A stretch of 64,000 bases of DNA from contig CAVUXC010000014.1 in assembly GCA_963745365.1 (NCBI GenBank), positions 46,247 to 110,246 of the forward strand, given 5' to 3'. Shown one piece after another: positions 10,048-19,489 of this stretch. Numbering within the stretch: position 1 is the stretch's first letter; every line of letters begins with the position of its first letter. A program made the position numbers and the translations under genes. The stretch is from an uncultured Actinomycetes bacterium. Its GTDB lineage: Bacteria; Actinomycetota; Thermoleophilia; Solirubrobacterales; 70-9. Under the pieces are notes generated by a model that was not told the origin of the DNA, searched no databases, and worked only from the letters and a program-made list of their open reading frames with translations.

Positions 10048-10866
10048 ATGATCGACCTTCAGGCGCACTCGACCGTATCGGACGGGCAGCTCGAGCCGTC
10101 GGCAGTTGCGACTGCGGCGGCCGGTGCGGGCGTCACCGTGATGTCGCTCACCGACCACGATGCCGTGGCGGGCGTTCCGGACGCGATCGCGGCCGCGAAG
10201 CGAGAGGGCATCGAATGCGTGCCGGCGGTCGAGATGTCCTGCGTCCACACCTACTCCGACGATCTGCACGTGCTCGGCTACTGGGTGGACACCGAGGCGA
10301 TCGCTCCCGCCTGCGATCGCGCCCAGCGGGAGCGCGCGGAGCGTGCCCGCGAGATCATCGAGCGGCTGAACGCCCACGGGGTCGAGGTCAGCTTCGAGGC
10401 CGCGCTGGCCGAGGCCGGCGCCGCGGACTCGATCGGCCGCCCGCATATCGCCCGTGCGGCCGGCGCGGGCCCGGACCTCGGCCCCTTCTTCGAGGAGTAT
10501 CTGGTGCCCGGCGCGAAAGCATTCGTGGCGCGACGCTGGCCGAGCGCCGAGCAGGCTGTCGAGCTGATCCACGCAGCGGGTGGCGCCGCCGTCGTCGCGC
10601 ATCCCTACTGGGACGTTTCCGAGCCTGACCAGGTGCGCGACCTGGTCGAGAGCCTGAAGCGCGACGCCGGGCTGGACGGCATCGAGACCTTCTACCCGCC
10701 CCACACGAAGGCGCAGACGGCGCATTGCCTGGAGCTCTGCCGGGAGCTCGACCTCGTTCCCACCGCCTCCTCGGACTTCCACGGACCCACCCATAAGACG
10801 TTCGCGCGGTTTGGCGCCTACGACACCTACGGTCTCGGCGAGCCGCAGGTCCCCGAGCGCCCCTAG
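10048..10866 (+). CDS. PHP-domain metal-dependent phosphoesterase (TrpH/YciV-like)
   Basis: MIDLQAHSTVSDG and LTDHD match the histidinol-phosphatase (PHP) signature, as does the C-terminal SSDFHG. Confidence 0.8.
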   Translation: MIDLQAHSTVSDGQLEPSAVATAAAGAGVTVMSLTDHDAVAGVPDAIAAAKREGIECVPAVEMSCVHTYSDDLHVLGYWVDTEAIAPACDRAQRERAERAREIIERLNAHGVEVSFEAALAEAGAADSIGRPHIARAAGAGPDLGPFFEEYLVPGAKAFVARRWPSAEQAVELIHAAGGAAVVAHPYWDVSEPDQVRDLVESLKRDAGLDGIETFYPPHTKAQTAHCLELCRELDLVPTASSDFHGPTHKTFARFGAYDTYGLGEPQVPERP

Positions 10867-10876
10867 CCTGCTCGCC

Positions 10877-11422
10877 CTAGCCAGCGGGAGGAATCAGTTC
10901 CTGTTCCTCGAGGTAATCGAGGATCTGCTGGGCCGATTGCTCGGGAGTCTGGCTCTCGGTCTCGATCACGAGCTCGGGGTTCTCGGGAGCCTCGTACGGG
11001 TCGGAGACTCCGGTGAACTCCTTGATCTCGCCAGACCGGGCCTTCGCGTACAGCCCCTTGACGTCGCGCCTCTCGCACTCCTCCACCGACGCCTTCACGT
11101 ACGCCTCGATGAAGCGACCGTCCATCTTCGCCCGCGCCTCGTCGCGAAGCTCGCGGTAGGGCGAGATCGCCGCCGTGATCACCGGCACCTCGTTTCGCGC
11201 CAGGAGCGAGGCCACGAACGCGACCCGGCGGATGTTGGTGTCCCGGTCCTCCTTCGAGAAGCCGAGGCCCTTGGAGAGGTTCTGGCGCACAATGTCGCCG
11301 TCGAGCACCTCGAGCTTCGAGCCGCGCTTGCGCAGCTCCTTCACCAGGACGTTGGTGATCGTCGTCTTGCCGGACCCGGAGAGCCCGGTGAACCAGAGGC
11401 AGAACCCCTTCTCACCCGCCAT
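10877..11422 (-). CDS. cysC: adenylylsulfate (APS) kinase
   Basis: P-loop [17 protein letters not shown] and FVASLLARN are classical CysC motifs. It overlaps the sat stop by 11 nt. Confidence 0.9.
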   Translation of the reverse strand: MAGEKGFCLWFTGLSGSGKTTITNVLVKELRKRGSKLEVLDGDIVRQNLSKGLGFSKEDRDTNIRRVAFVASLLARNEVPVITAAISPYRELRDEARAKMDGRFIEAYVKASVEECERRDVKGLYAKARSGEIKEFTGVSDPYEAPENPELVIETESQTPEQSAQQILDYLEEQELIPPAG

Positions 11423-12507
11423 CGGCTGCTGACTCCTTTCTGTAGGCGTCGATCAAGATCTCGGCTACCTCTTCCCTGGTGAACTCATGCGGCGGGGTCT
11501 CGCCGCGGGACAGCATCTCTCGCACCTTTGTACCGGATAGGAACAGGTGCGACTCCTGCGGGTGCGGGCAGGTCTTGTCGGAGGCCATGCCCTCGCACTC
11601 GTGACACCAGAACGTGTGCTCGAAGAACAGCGGCCGGATGCCCGAGCTCGTCGAAGTCGATGTCGTCGAAGATCCGCTGCGCGTCATAGGTGCCGTAGTA
11701 GTCGCCGACTCCGGCGTGGTCGCGACCGACGATGAAGTGCGTGCAGCCGTAGTTGCGGCGGATGATCGCGTGCAGCACCGCCTCCCGGGGGCCGGCGTAG
11801 TGCATCTTCGCCGGGTTGACGCCGAGGATCACCCGTTCCGGGTGGTAGTAGCGGTCCATCAGGACCTCGTAGCAGCGCATCCGCACATCCGCCGGGATGT
11901 CGCCCGACTTCGTCTCGCCGATCAGCGGATGCAGGAAGAGGCCGTCGGAGACCTCCAGCGCCGCCTTGGTCAGGTATTCGTGGGCGCGGTGGATCGGGTT
12001 CCGCGTCTGGAAGGCGACGATCCGCTTCCAGCCGCGATCGGCGAACGCCTGCTTCGACTCAGCGGGCGTCAGGTAGCGACGCATGAAGGCTTCCTCGTGG
12101 TCCGGAAGCGCGTCGGACTCGATCGGACCGGCCAGGCAGCGCGAGCCCTCGCGGCGGATCGCGGCGACGCCGGGATGCTCGTCGTCGGTCGTCAGGTAGA
12201 CGAGCTCCGCCTCCTTATCAACCTGGCGCTCGAAGACCTCCTCGACGGTGAGGCGGCCGAGCGCCTTGCCGTTCGGGGCGCTGAGCTCGACCTGGTCGCC
12301 CGCCGACGCCTCGAGATCGGTGGCCAGGGTGATCGGGATCGACCAGATCTCGCCGCTTGCAAGCCGCATCTTCTCGCACACGGAAACCCAGTCCTCGGAG
12401 CCCATGAAGCCCCGGAGCGGCGCGAAGCCTCCGTTTGCGAGCAGCTCGAAGTCGGAGGCCTGGCGCGGGCTCAGCTGCAGCGCCAGGCCGGTCTGCGCGC
12501 TACCCAT
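11412..12507 (-). CDS. sat: sulfate adenylyltransferase (ATP sulfurylase), frame broken as assembled
   Basis: [11 protein letters not shown] and VGRDHAGVG motifs. The first 300 aa are in ORF 11485..12507. The conserved C-terminus [26 protein letters not shown]... is in ORF 11412..11687. The switch is at a ggg run (coding strand), 11641-11643. Confidence 0.8.
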
Positions 12508-13303
12508 TCAGACCGCACTCCGAGCGCTCCGTGCCGGCCCAGCGGCCCGAGCGAGGGTCGCCGCTTGCGTCCGGCACCGACGTGCACGGCATGCAGCCGA
12601 TGGAGGGATACCCCTCGTCGTGAAGCGGGTTGTATGGCACGCGGTTGTCATTGATGTGGGCCCAGGCCTGCTGGTCCGTCCAGTCCACCACCGGGTTCAG
12701 CTTCCAGCGGTCGAACCGCTCGTCCCAACCGAAGCGAACCGCCCCGGCACGCGTCTTCGAGTCGGTCCTGCGAACCCCCGAGACCCAGCAGTCGACGCCC
12801 TCCAGGGCCCGGTGCATGGTCTCGACCTTTCGGGTCGCGCAGCACTCGTCTGACTCGCGCCACAGGTTAGCCTCCCAGCGCTCGCGAAGCCCGGGCGGGT
12901 TGGCCTGAACGAACCGCTCGAACTCGATCCCGTAGCGCTCCGCAAGCGCGTCGCGCGTGGCATACGTCTCGGCGAAGAGCAGCTGGGTGTCGAGGTAGAA
13001 GAAGCGAGCTTGCGGATCGATCCCGTGCGCGATGTCGATGATCACCGAGCTCGTCTTCTGGAACGAGACCGCGAAGCCGAGCCGTGGGCCAAAGGTCTCG
13101 ACGGCCCAGGCGATCGACTCCCTGGCGCTCATCTCCTCGAGCTCCGCGGAGATGCGCTGCGGATCGACGAGCGCGCCGTTGATGATCGGCAGGCGCTCGC
13201 CGCGGCCATTGCCGTTCGCGCCGTTCGGCGAGGAGACGTCGAAGTCCTCGTGCAGCGGCCGGGGTCGAGGCGCCACCACCTGGAGCTGTCTGGACGCCGC
13301 CAT
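12500..13303 (-). CDS. cysH: adenylylsulfate (APS) reductase, thioredoxin-dependent, Fe-S type
   Basis: The CysH fold starts at ATG 13303 (MAASRQ...). Cys pairs DECCATRK and GCMPCT match the [4Fe-4S] ligands of APS reductases. C-terminal SECGL catalytic motif. The start shares 1 nt with the sirA stop (TGATG). Confidence 0.85.
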   Translation of the reverse strand: MAASRQLQVVAPRPRPLHEDFDVSSPNGANGNGRGERLPIINGALVDPQRISAELEEMSARESIAWAVETFGPRLGFAVSFQKTSSVIIDIAHGIDPQARFFYLDTQLLFAETYATRDALAERYGIEFERFVQANPPGLRERWEANLWRESDECCATRKVETMHRALEGVDCWVSGVRRTDSKTRAGAVRFGWDERFDRWKLNPVVDWTDQQAWAHINDNRVPYNPLHDEGYPSIGCMPCTSVPDASGDPRSGRWAGTERSECGLNG

Positions 13304-15222
13304 CAGACCGCGCACTCTCCCTCGCCCCGCTCGACCTTGTAGGGCTCGGAGCGGCTCCAGTCGATGAACTGGTCGAGCGTCTCGAGGCTGAACTCCACCG
13401 GCATCGCCAGATCCTTGACCTGCGCCTCGAACGGGTCTGTCCCGACCCTCTCGACGAGGTCGTTGAACTGCTCGCCGTCGCGGCGCTCGGACTCGTAGAA
13501 ACGCACCCAGCGCTCGACCGCGTCGGGTACGCGCTTCGCCGGCAGCCGCGCCTTGAGGCGGTGGCCGTAAACGACCTCGCCGCCCTCGTAGTTGCCCGCG
13601 AGGTGGGCGATGTAGGCGGGGATCTGGCGCTCTCCGATCTTCAGCGAGGCGCCGGTGAAGCCGATGTTGGCGATGTGGTGCTGGGCGCAGCCGTTCGGGC
13701 AGCCCGACATCTTGACGTGGATGCGCTTGGTCAGGGGATCGTCGATCTGCATCGCCTCGAGCCGCTCCTGGACCACCTGGTTGAGGCCCATCGAGCTGGT
13801 GATCCCCAGCTTGCAGCTGTCGGTGCCCGGGCAGCTGACCACATCGGTGATCTCGTGGGGGCCGGTCCCGCCGAGGCCCAGCTCGCCGAGGCGCTCCCAG
13901 ACGTCGTAGACCGACTCGTTGCGCACCCAGCGCAGGACCAGGTTCTGCTGCACGGTGGTGCGGGCGTAGCCCCCGCTGAACTCGCGCATGATTGCGGCCA
14001 GGCCGCGAAGCTGCTCGGGGCTCAAATCGCCACGGGTTACCTTCACCTCGATCGCGCTGAACCCCTCCTGGCGCTGCGGCTTGACGTTCGCCCCGAGGAA
14101 GCCGTCGAACTGCGAGCGGTCGCCGTTGGGGCTGCCGTTGGTGCCGGGCGGCGGCGGCGCCTTCGCCTCCTCGTCGTCGACGAACTTGAGGCGCTCGACG
14201 TCGAAGTCGCGCTCCTCGACCCAGTCGCCCTGGAGCTCCTCCTCGACCATCTCGCGGAAGGCGTCGATGCCGATCTTGTCGATCAGCACCTTGATCCGGG
14301 CGCGGGCGCGGTTCTCGCGCAACCACTCCTGGCGGTCGAAGATGCGCCAGCAGGCCTCGGCGACCTTCAGGTAGTCGCCGTTGTCGAGCTGGACGAACTC
14401 GTACAGGGTGGGAGCGATCCGAGGCATGATCGAGGTGCCGCCGCCGACCCGGACCTCGACCCCGCGGACGCCGTCGCGCAGGCGGGGGATGAAGCCGATG
14501 TCGTGGATTCCGGTTATCGCGACGTCCTCGTCCGTGGCCGTGAACGCCGTCTTCACCTTGCGCGGCATCAACTGGGTGACCGGATGGCGGACGAAGTAGC
14601 GCACGTACGCCATCGCGTAGGGGGTGATGTCGAACAGCTCGCCCTCGGTGATCCCGGCCCAGGGGTCGCCCGTGACGTTGCGGATCGTGTTGCCGCAGCC
14701 CTCGCGTGAGGACAGCCCGGAATCGGAGATCTCGCGGATGAACTTCGCCGCGTCGGGGAGCGGCACGTGGTGGATCTGGATGTTCTCGCGTGTGGTGATG
14801 TGGCCCTTGCGCAGCGGGGCGTACTTCTCGATCGCGTCCGCGAAGGCCTCCATCTGCTCCGGGTTGACGCCGCCCAGCGGCAGCTTGACGCGGATCATCT
14901 GCACGTCGGGTTGGCGCTGGCCGTAGACGCCCTGCTTGAGGCGGAAGCCGATGAACTTGTCCTCCGGCACCTCCTCCCGCATGAACCTGCCGGCCTCGGT
15001 GTCGAAGTCGTCGAACTCCCGCTCGATGATCGGGATCACGTGGCCGGGGACTTCCTCGTAGAGCTCGGGGTTCTCGAGCGAGCCGACCCGCCCCTTGCCG
15101 GGCTGGTCCTTGTGGCTGACCTTCAGCTTGTGCTCGGCGGTGACGCGCTCGGCCACCGGCCCGGCCCCCGACGCCTGATCGGATTCCGCCACCGAGGCTC
15201 GCTCCACGGCTGTGGGCTCCAT
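13303..15222 (-). CDS. sirA: ferredoxin-dependent sulfite reductase (NirA/SirA type)
   Basis: Sirohaem/Fe-S motifs SCPGTDSCKLG and MSGCPNGCAQHH, with duplicated nitrite/sulfite reductase ferredoxin-like halves. ATG 15222 is preferred; the upstream 44 codons of the ORF look non-coding. Confidence 0.85.
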   Translation of the reverse strand: MEPTAVERASVAESDQASGAGPVAERVTAEHKLKVSHKDQPGKGRVGSLENPELYEEVPGHVIPIIEREFDDFDTEAGRFMREEVPEDKFIGFRLKQGVYGQRQPDVQMIRVKLPLGGVNPEQMEAFADAIEKYAPLRKGHITTRENIQIHHVPLPDAAKFIREISDSGLSSREGCGNTIRNVTGDPWAGITEGELFDITPYAMAYVRYFVRHPVTQLMPRKVKTAFTATDEDVAITGIHDIGFIPRLRDGVRGVEVRVGGGTSIMPRIAPTLYEFVQLDNGDYLKVAEACWRIFDRQEWLRENRARARIKVLIDKIGIDAFREMVEEELQGDWVEERDFDVERLKFVDDEEAKAPPPPGTNGSPNGDRSQFDGFLGANVKPQRQEGFSAIEVKVTRGDLSPEQLRGLAAIMREFSGGYARTTVQQNLVLRWVRNESVYDVWERLGELGLGGTGPHEITDVVSCPGTDSCKLGITSSMGLNQVVQERLEAMQIDDPLTKRIHVKMSGCPNGCAQHHIANIGFTGASLKIGERQIPAYIAHLAGNYEGGEVVYGHRLKARLPAKRVPDAVERWVRFYESERRDGEQFNDLVERVGTDPFEAQVKDLAMPVEFSLETLDQFIDWSRSEPYKVERGEGECAV

Positions 15223-15277
15223 CGGCGCAGTATTACACAAATCCTGACCGGGTTTAGGGCATTTAGGAGGCCACCAA

Positions 15278-15328
15278 CCGCCGACTCCTCGTCCAACCTG
15301 GCATCCGTGCCGGACTCGGAGTCGGCGG
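15278..15328 (-). promoter_or_regulatory. 11-bp-stem inverted repeat in the dodecin-sirA intergenic region (terminator or leader structure)
   Basis: CCGCCGACTCC (15278-15288) is the exact reverse complement of GGAGTCGGCGG (15318-15328), with a 29-nt spacer. No U-tract follows. Confidence 0.3.
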
Positions 15329-15410
15329 GTTCGGGCGCAGGCGCCCTGGGGCAACGGCAGGCAGCTACCGCGACTTCGTCGCTAGGCCCAGCGAGCGCGC
15401 GTCTTCGTGG

Positions 15411-15620
15411 CTAGTCGATGTCGGTTCCCTCGATCAGGAAGGCGACGCGCACGTGGGCGCGGAACTCGTCGAGGTTCTCACCTCGGATGCCGGTGCTGAC
15501 GATGTCGACTGCACGGATGTTCCGCAGCGATGACTGCGCCTGCTTCAGCGCCTGCGCCGCCGCATCGTCGCTGGACGTCTTCGAGCTTCCTACCAGCTCG
15601 ATGATCTTGACTACGGCCAC
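15411..15620 (-). CDS. dodecin-family flavin-binding protein
   Basis: (M)AVVKIIELVGSSKTSSDDAAAQALKQAQSSLRNIRAVDIV...RAHVRVAF matches the ~70-aa dodecin pattern. GTG 15620 is preceded by GGAGGA. Confidence 0.75.
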   Translation of the reverse strand: MAVVKIIELVGSSKTSSDDAAAQALKQAQSSLRNIRAVDIVSTGIRGENLDEFRAHVRVAFLIEGTDID

Positions 15621-15889
15621 TCTGTCCTCCTGTGGGTCGCTTTCGGGGTTCGGGGTCCGGTATTCAGCTCTCGGCTCGCTCCATGCTCTGCGCGAGTGCA
15701 GGTCGCCTCGCGTAGCGCCGCTCGCTGCCAACGACTCTGCACACGGCCGGGCGCGGGCGGGGCGGGGGTCGTCTCGGCGAGGAACCGCTCGAGCGCGGCG
15801 ACGATCGCCGCCGCCTCGGTCTCGGAGGCGGCCTCCGTGACCAACTCGATCTGCGGCCTGGGCGGCCTGCGGGTGCCGTTCGTCGCCAT
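15611..15889 (-). CDS. small hypothetical protein with weak acyl-CoA carboxylase epsilon-subunit-like pattern
   Basis: From ATG 15889 the first ~50 codons all end in G/C, a strong coding signature in this genome. IELVTEAASETEAAAIVAALERFLAE...SRWQRAAL resembles the E-x-AA-x-VAxL ... W-R pattern of ACC epsilon proteins. The 3' part loses the GC3 signal. Confidence 0.4.
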   Translation of the reverse strand: MATNGTRRPPRPQIELVTEAASETEAAAIVAALERFLAETTPAPPAPGRVQSRWQRAALREATCTRAEHGASRELNTGPRTPKATHRRTEWP

Positions 15890-15966
15890 CTCGGTCAATG
15901 CTTTCGCGCTCGGTCCGAAGTTGACTGCATTCAGGACGCTCGCGGGCAGCACTCTAACCTCAGGCC

Positions 15967-16920
15967 GTGGCTCAGCAGGTCCCGGTCCTCGACGCGAACG
16001 CCGTGCTGGCGGCGGTCAGCCCGGCGGAGGCGGTCGAGCGGACGCGGCTGGCGTTCGAGCGGCACATCGCGGGCGAGTGGGCAATGCCGCCGAAGGTCTA
16101 TCTCGACTCGCCGCCAAACGGCGACTTTCGCGCCATGCCGGCGCGCGGCGGGGGCTTCGCCCTGCTCAAGTGGGTGACCTCCTTCCCCCACAACTCCGAG
16201 CGCGGCCTGCCGGTCGTCACCGGGGCGCTGCTGCTGTCCGACGCCGGCACCGGCGAGCTGCGGGCGATCATGGATTGCGCCTCGATCACCTCGCTTCGCA
16301 CCGGTGCCGCGGCCGCGGTGTCCGCGCAGGTGCTGGCCGCCGACGGCGCGACATCGGTCGGCCTGATCGGCTGCGGGGTCAACGGCGCCTGGGCGGCGCG
16401 CTGCCTCGCCGCCGTCGGTTACGGGCCTGGCGTCTGTGCCGACACCCGCGCGGAGCCCGCCGAGGCGCTCGCCGCCGAGCTCGGCTGGCGGGCCGGCGAC
16501 CGCGACGAGGCGGCGGCACAGGACCTGGTGGTGACGGTGACCCCGGCCGAGCAGCCGGTGATCCTGGCCTCGGACCTGCGCCCCGGCCAGCACCTGGCGG
16601 TGCTGGGCGCCGACGCGCCGGGAAAGGCCGAGGTCGAGCTGGCCGCACTGGAGCGCTGCCGCCTGTTCTGTGACGAGTGGCAGCAGGCCGCGTCGGGCGG
16701 CGAGTTGGCCGGCGCGGTGGCGGCGGGCGGGGCGAGCCGGGACGGGGTCACCCAGCTTGGCGAGGTGATCGCGGGCCGCTCCGAGGGCCGGCGCTCTGAG
16801 GAGGAGATCACCCTGTTCGACTCGACCGGCCTCGCGATCCAGGACCTGGGCATCGCAATCTTCGCCTACGACGCGTGGCGCCGCGGACGGGTCGCGGCGG
16901 CGACGGTCGATCTCGGGTAG
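15967..16920 (+). CDS. ornithine cyclodeaminase / mu-crystallin family protein
   Basis: 317 aa. LLKWVTSFPHN, TSLRTGAAAAVSA and GLIGCGVNG (NAD-binding) are typical of the OCD/mu-crystallin family. Confidence 0.8.
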   Translation: MAQQVPVLDANAVLAAVSPAEAVERTRLAFERHIAGEWAMPPKVYLDSPPNGDFRAMPARGGGFALLKWVTSFPHNSERGLPVVTGALLLSDAGTGELRAIMDCASITSLRTGAAAAVSAQVLAADGATSVGLIGCGVNGAWAARCLAAVGYGPGVCADTRAEPAEALAAELGWRAGDRDEAAAQDLVVTVTPAEQPVILASDLRPGQHLAVLGADAPGKAEVELAALERCRLFCDEWQQAASGGELAGAVAAGGASRDGVTQLGEVIAGRSEGRRSEEEITLFDSTGLAIQDLGIAIFAYDAWRRGRVAAATVDLG

Positions 16921-16927
16921 GGAGAGG

Positions 16928-17277
16928 CTACCGCGGCCCGGCGGCTTCGAGCGCCTCATCTCGGTCCGAAACATCCGGGGCGATCACGCGACCGTGCGGT
17001 ACTCGACCCTGAAACGCGAGGGCCTCGAGCTCTCGGCTCCCGCTCCGCTGACCGCCGCGGCACGCGAGCCGTCCACGGGCACGCAGCTCTCCAGGTGCAA
17101 CCGGAAGCCGCGAAAGGTGTCCTGCCAGGTCTGAAAGAACCCACGGACCGCTTCAGGGCCGCGGTGGATCCCGGCATCTGGGAAGGCGTCGAGGGTCTGC
17201 CACTCGACCTCGGGGTGCAGCCGGTCGAGGGCAGCCTCGAGGTCGCCGCGATTGAACTCTTCCACCGCCTCTCGCAT
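16928..17277 (-). CDS. SnoaL-like / NTF2-fold protein, frame broken near the 3' end
   Basis: Paralog of 31679..32083: ...HPEVEWQTLDAFPDAGIHRGPEAVRGFFQTWQDTFRGFRLHLE. After FRVEYR the family C-terminus GRVIAPDVSDRDEALEAAGPR* continues in another frame to TAG 16928-16930. One base is missing near 16995. Confidence 0.6.
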
Positions 17278-17323
17278 CCGCTTGACGTTCTGCTGCGGGA
17301 TCGTCGCGCCTCCGGGTCGCGGT

Positions 17324-18892
17324 CTAAAGCGGGATGTTGCCGTGCTTTCGCTTGGGCTGGTCGACTCGCTTGGTCTGAAGGGTGCGAAGGGCGCGGATCA
17401 GCTTCGGGCGCGTCTCGTGGGGGACGATCACGTCGTCGATGTAGCCGCGCTCGGCCGCCGAGTAGGGATTGGCGAACCGCGCCTTGTAGTCGGCGATCAG
17501 CTTCTCGCGGCGCTCGTCGGGCGTCGGGGAGCTCTGGATGTCGCGGCGGAAGATGATGTTCACCGCTCCCTCCGGGCCCATCACCGCGACTTCCGAGGTC
17601 GGCCAGGCGAAGTTGAAGTCGGCGAGCATGTGCTTTGAGGCCATCACGTCGTACGCGCCCCCGTAGGCCTTGCGGGTCACCACCGTCAGCTTCGGCACGG
17701 TCGCCTCGGTGAAGGCGTAGAGGAGCTTCGCTCCATGGCGGATGATTCCGCCCCACTCCTGCGAGGTACCGGGCAGGAACCCCGGCACGTCGGTGAAGGT
17801 GATCAGGGGGATGTTGAAGGCGTCGCAGAAGCGCACGAAGCGCGCTCCCTTGACGGAGGAGTCGATGTCCAGCACCCCCGCCAGGTGCCGCGGCTGGTTG
17901 CCGACCACGCCGACCGGATAGCCGTCGAGGCGGGCGAAGCCGACCACGATGTTCTGCGCGTAGTGCTCGTGGACCTCGAAGAACTCGCCGTCGTCGACGG
18001 TCCGCGAGATCACGTCGCGCATGTCGTAGGGCTTCGAGGGATCGTCGGGAACGATCGTGTCGAGCGTCTCGTCGGCGCGGTCGGGATCGTCGTAGGGCTC
18101 CACCCGCGGCGGCATCTCCAGGTTGTTGAGCGGCAGGAAGGACATCAGGAAGCGAACGTCCTCCAGGCACTGCTCCTCGTTGTCGGCCGCGAAGTGGGCG
18201 ACGCCGGACTTCGTGTTGTGGGTCATCGCCCCGCCCAGCTCCTCGAACGTGGGCTCCTCGCCGGTCACCGTCTTGATCACGTCGGGGCCGGTGATGAACA
18301 TGTGCGAGGTCTCCTTGACCATGAAGATGAAGTCGGTCATCGCCGGCGAGTAGACGGCGCCGCCCGCGCACGGCCCCATGACCAGGCTGATCTGTGGGAT
18401 CACCCCCGAGCACTGGACGTTGCGCACGAAGACGTCGCCGTAGGCGCCCAGCGACACGACCCCCTCCTGAATCCGCGCCCCGCCCGAGTCGTTGATGCCG
18501 ATCACCGGGGCGCCGATCTTGGCGGCCAGGTCCATGACCTTGCACATCTTGTCCGCCATGACCTCGCCGAGCGAGCCGCCGAAGACGGTGAAGTCCTGTG
18601 AGAAGACGACCACGGGCCTGGAGTCGATCGTCCCCCAGCCCGTGACCACCGCATCTCCCCAGGGGCGGCGCTTCTGCATCTCGAACTCGTAGGTGCGGTG
18701 GCGGACGAAGGTGTCTAGCTCTTCGAACGAGCCCGGGTCCAGGAGCTTGTGAACCCGCTCGCGCGCCGTCAGCTTGCCCTTCTCGTGCTGCTTGGAGACG
18801 GCCTCCTCGGAGGCGGAGTGGATCGCCTGCTCGCGAAGCTCGCGCAGGTAGGCGAGCTTCTCCTCGTGGGTCTCGGGGAACTTCTGGCGCAC
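17324..18892 (-). CDS. acyl-CoA carboxylase carboxyltransferase (beta) subunit, propionyl-CoA carboxylase-like
   Basis: Conserved throughout: [39 protein letters not shown] and [21 protein letters not shown] 18892 was chosen as the first plausible start; the upstream ORF part is Arg-rich. Confidence 0.85.
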   Translation of the reverse strand: MRQKFPETHEEKLAYLRELREQAIHSASEEAVSKQHEKGKLTARERVHKLLDPGSFEELDTFVRHRTYEFEMQKRRPWGDAVVTGWGTIDSRPVVVFSQDFTVFGGSLGEVMADKMCKVMDLAAKIGAPVIGINDSGGARIQEGVVSLGAYGDVFVRNVQCSGVIPQISLVMGPCAGGAVYSPAMTDFIFMVKETSHMFITGPDVIKTVTGEEPTFEELGGAMTHNTKSGVAHFAADNEEQCLEDVRFLMSFLPLNNLEMPPRVEPYDDPDRADETLDTIVPDDPSKPYDMRDVISRTVDDGEFFEVHEHYAQNIVVGFARLDGYPVGVVGNQPRHLAGVLDIDSSVKGARFVRFCDAFNIPLITFTDVPGFLPGTSQEWGGIIRHGAKLLYAFTEATVPKLTVVTRKAYGGAYDVMASKHMLADFNFAWPTSEVAVMGPEGAVNIIFRRDIQSSPTPDERREKLIADYKARFANPYSAAERGYIDDVIVPHETRPKLIRALRTLQTKRVDQPKRKHGNIPL

Positions 18893-18906
18893 GGCGCGCG
18901 CCGATT

Positions 18907-19479
18907 CTATGGCGCTGGGGCTGCCCGCTCGAGCATCGTGGCCAGGGCCGTGGTCACGCGGGGGTCGAGCTCGGTGCCGGCGGCGGCACGAAGCGCCTCC
19001 AGGGCAATCCGCCGGCGCTCGCCCAACGAGGCGCCGCCGGGCGCCGGCGCGGCCAGGGCGGCGTCGCAGGCGCAGGCGGCACGCATGACCCGCGACTCGA
19101 TCGGGATCCGCTCGCCGGCCAGCTCGCCCGGCCCGCTTCCGTCGAACCGCTCGCCGGCGGCACCGATCCAATCGCAGACCTGATCGGGAATGCCAGCGCC
19201 ACGCGCCAGCTCCGCGCCGCTGGCAAACCGCGAGTCGAGCAGCCGCGTCTCCTCCGTGGTCAGCTCACTTTGGGCCTTCACCAGCACGTTCGCGGGCACG
19301 TAGACGTTGCCGACCTCGTGCAACCTTGCGGCCTCTCGCACCGCCTCCGCGTGATCGCGCTCCAGCTCCAGCTCGACGGCCGCGGCGAAGGCGTAGGTGG
19401 CGGTCCCGTCGGCGTGGCCTCGAGAGCCGGGCAGGTGGCGCTCCAGGGCCTCGAGCAGCTCCGAGCCGCGCGCTTTCAC
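18907..19479 (-). CDS. degenerate HD-GYP-like domain protein
   Basis: It aligns by eye to the HD-GYP layout but carries LHEVGN instead of [19 protein letters not shown] instead of HHERxDGxGYPxGL, and CACDAAL instead of VADxFDAL. The start is tentative (GTG 19479). Confidence 0.5.
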   Translation of the reverse strand: MKARGSELLEALERHLPGSRGHADGTATYAFAAAVELELERDHAEAVREAARLHEVGNVYVPANVLVKAQSELTTEETRLLDSRFASGAELARGAGIPDQVCDWIGAAGERFDGSGPGELAGERIPIESRVMRAACACDAALAAPAPGGASLGERRRIALEALRAAAGTELDPRVTTALATMLERAAPAP

Positions 19480-19489
19480 GCGTGCCGGC

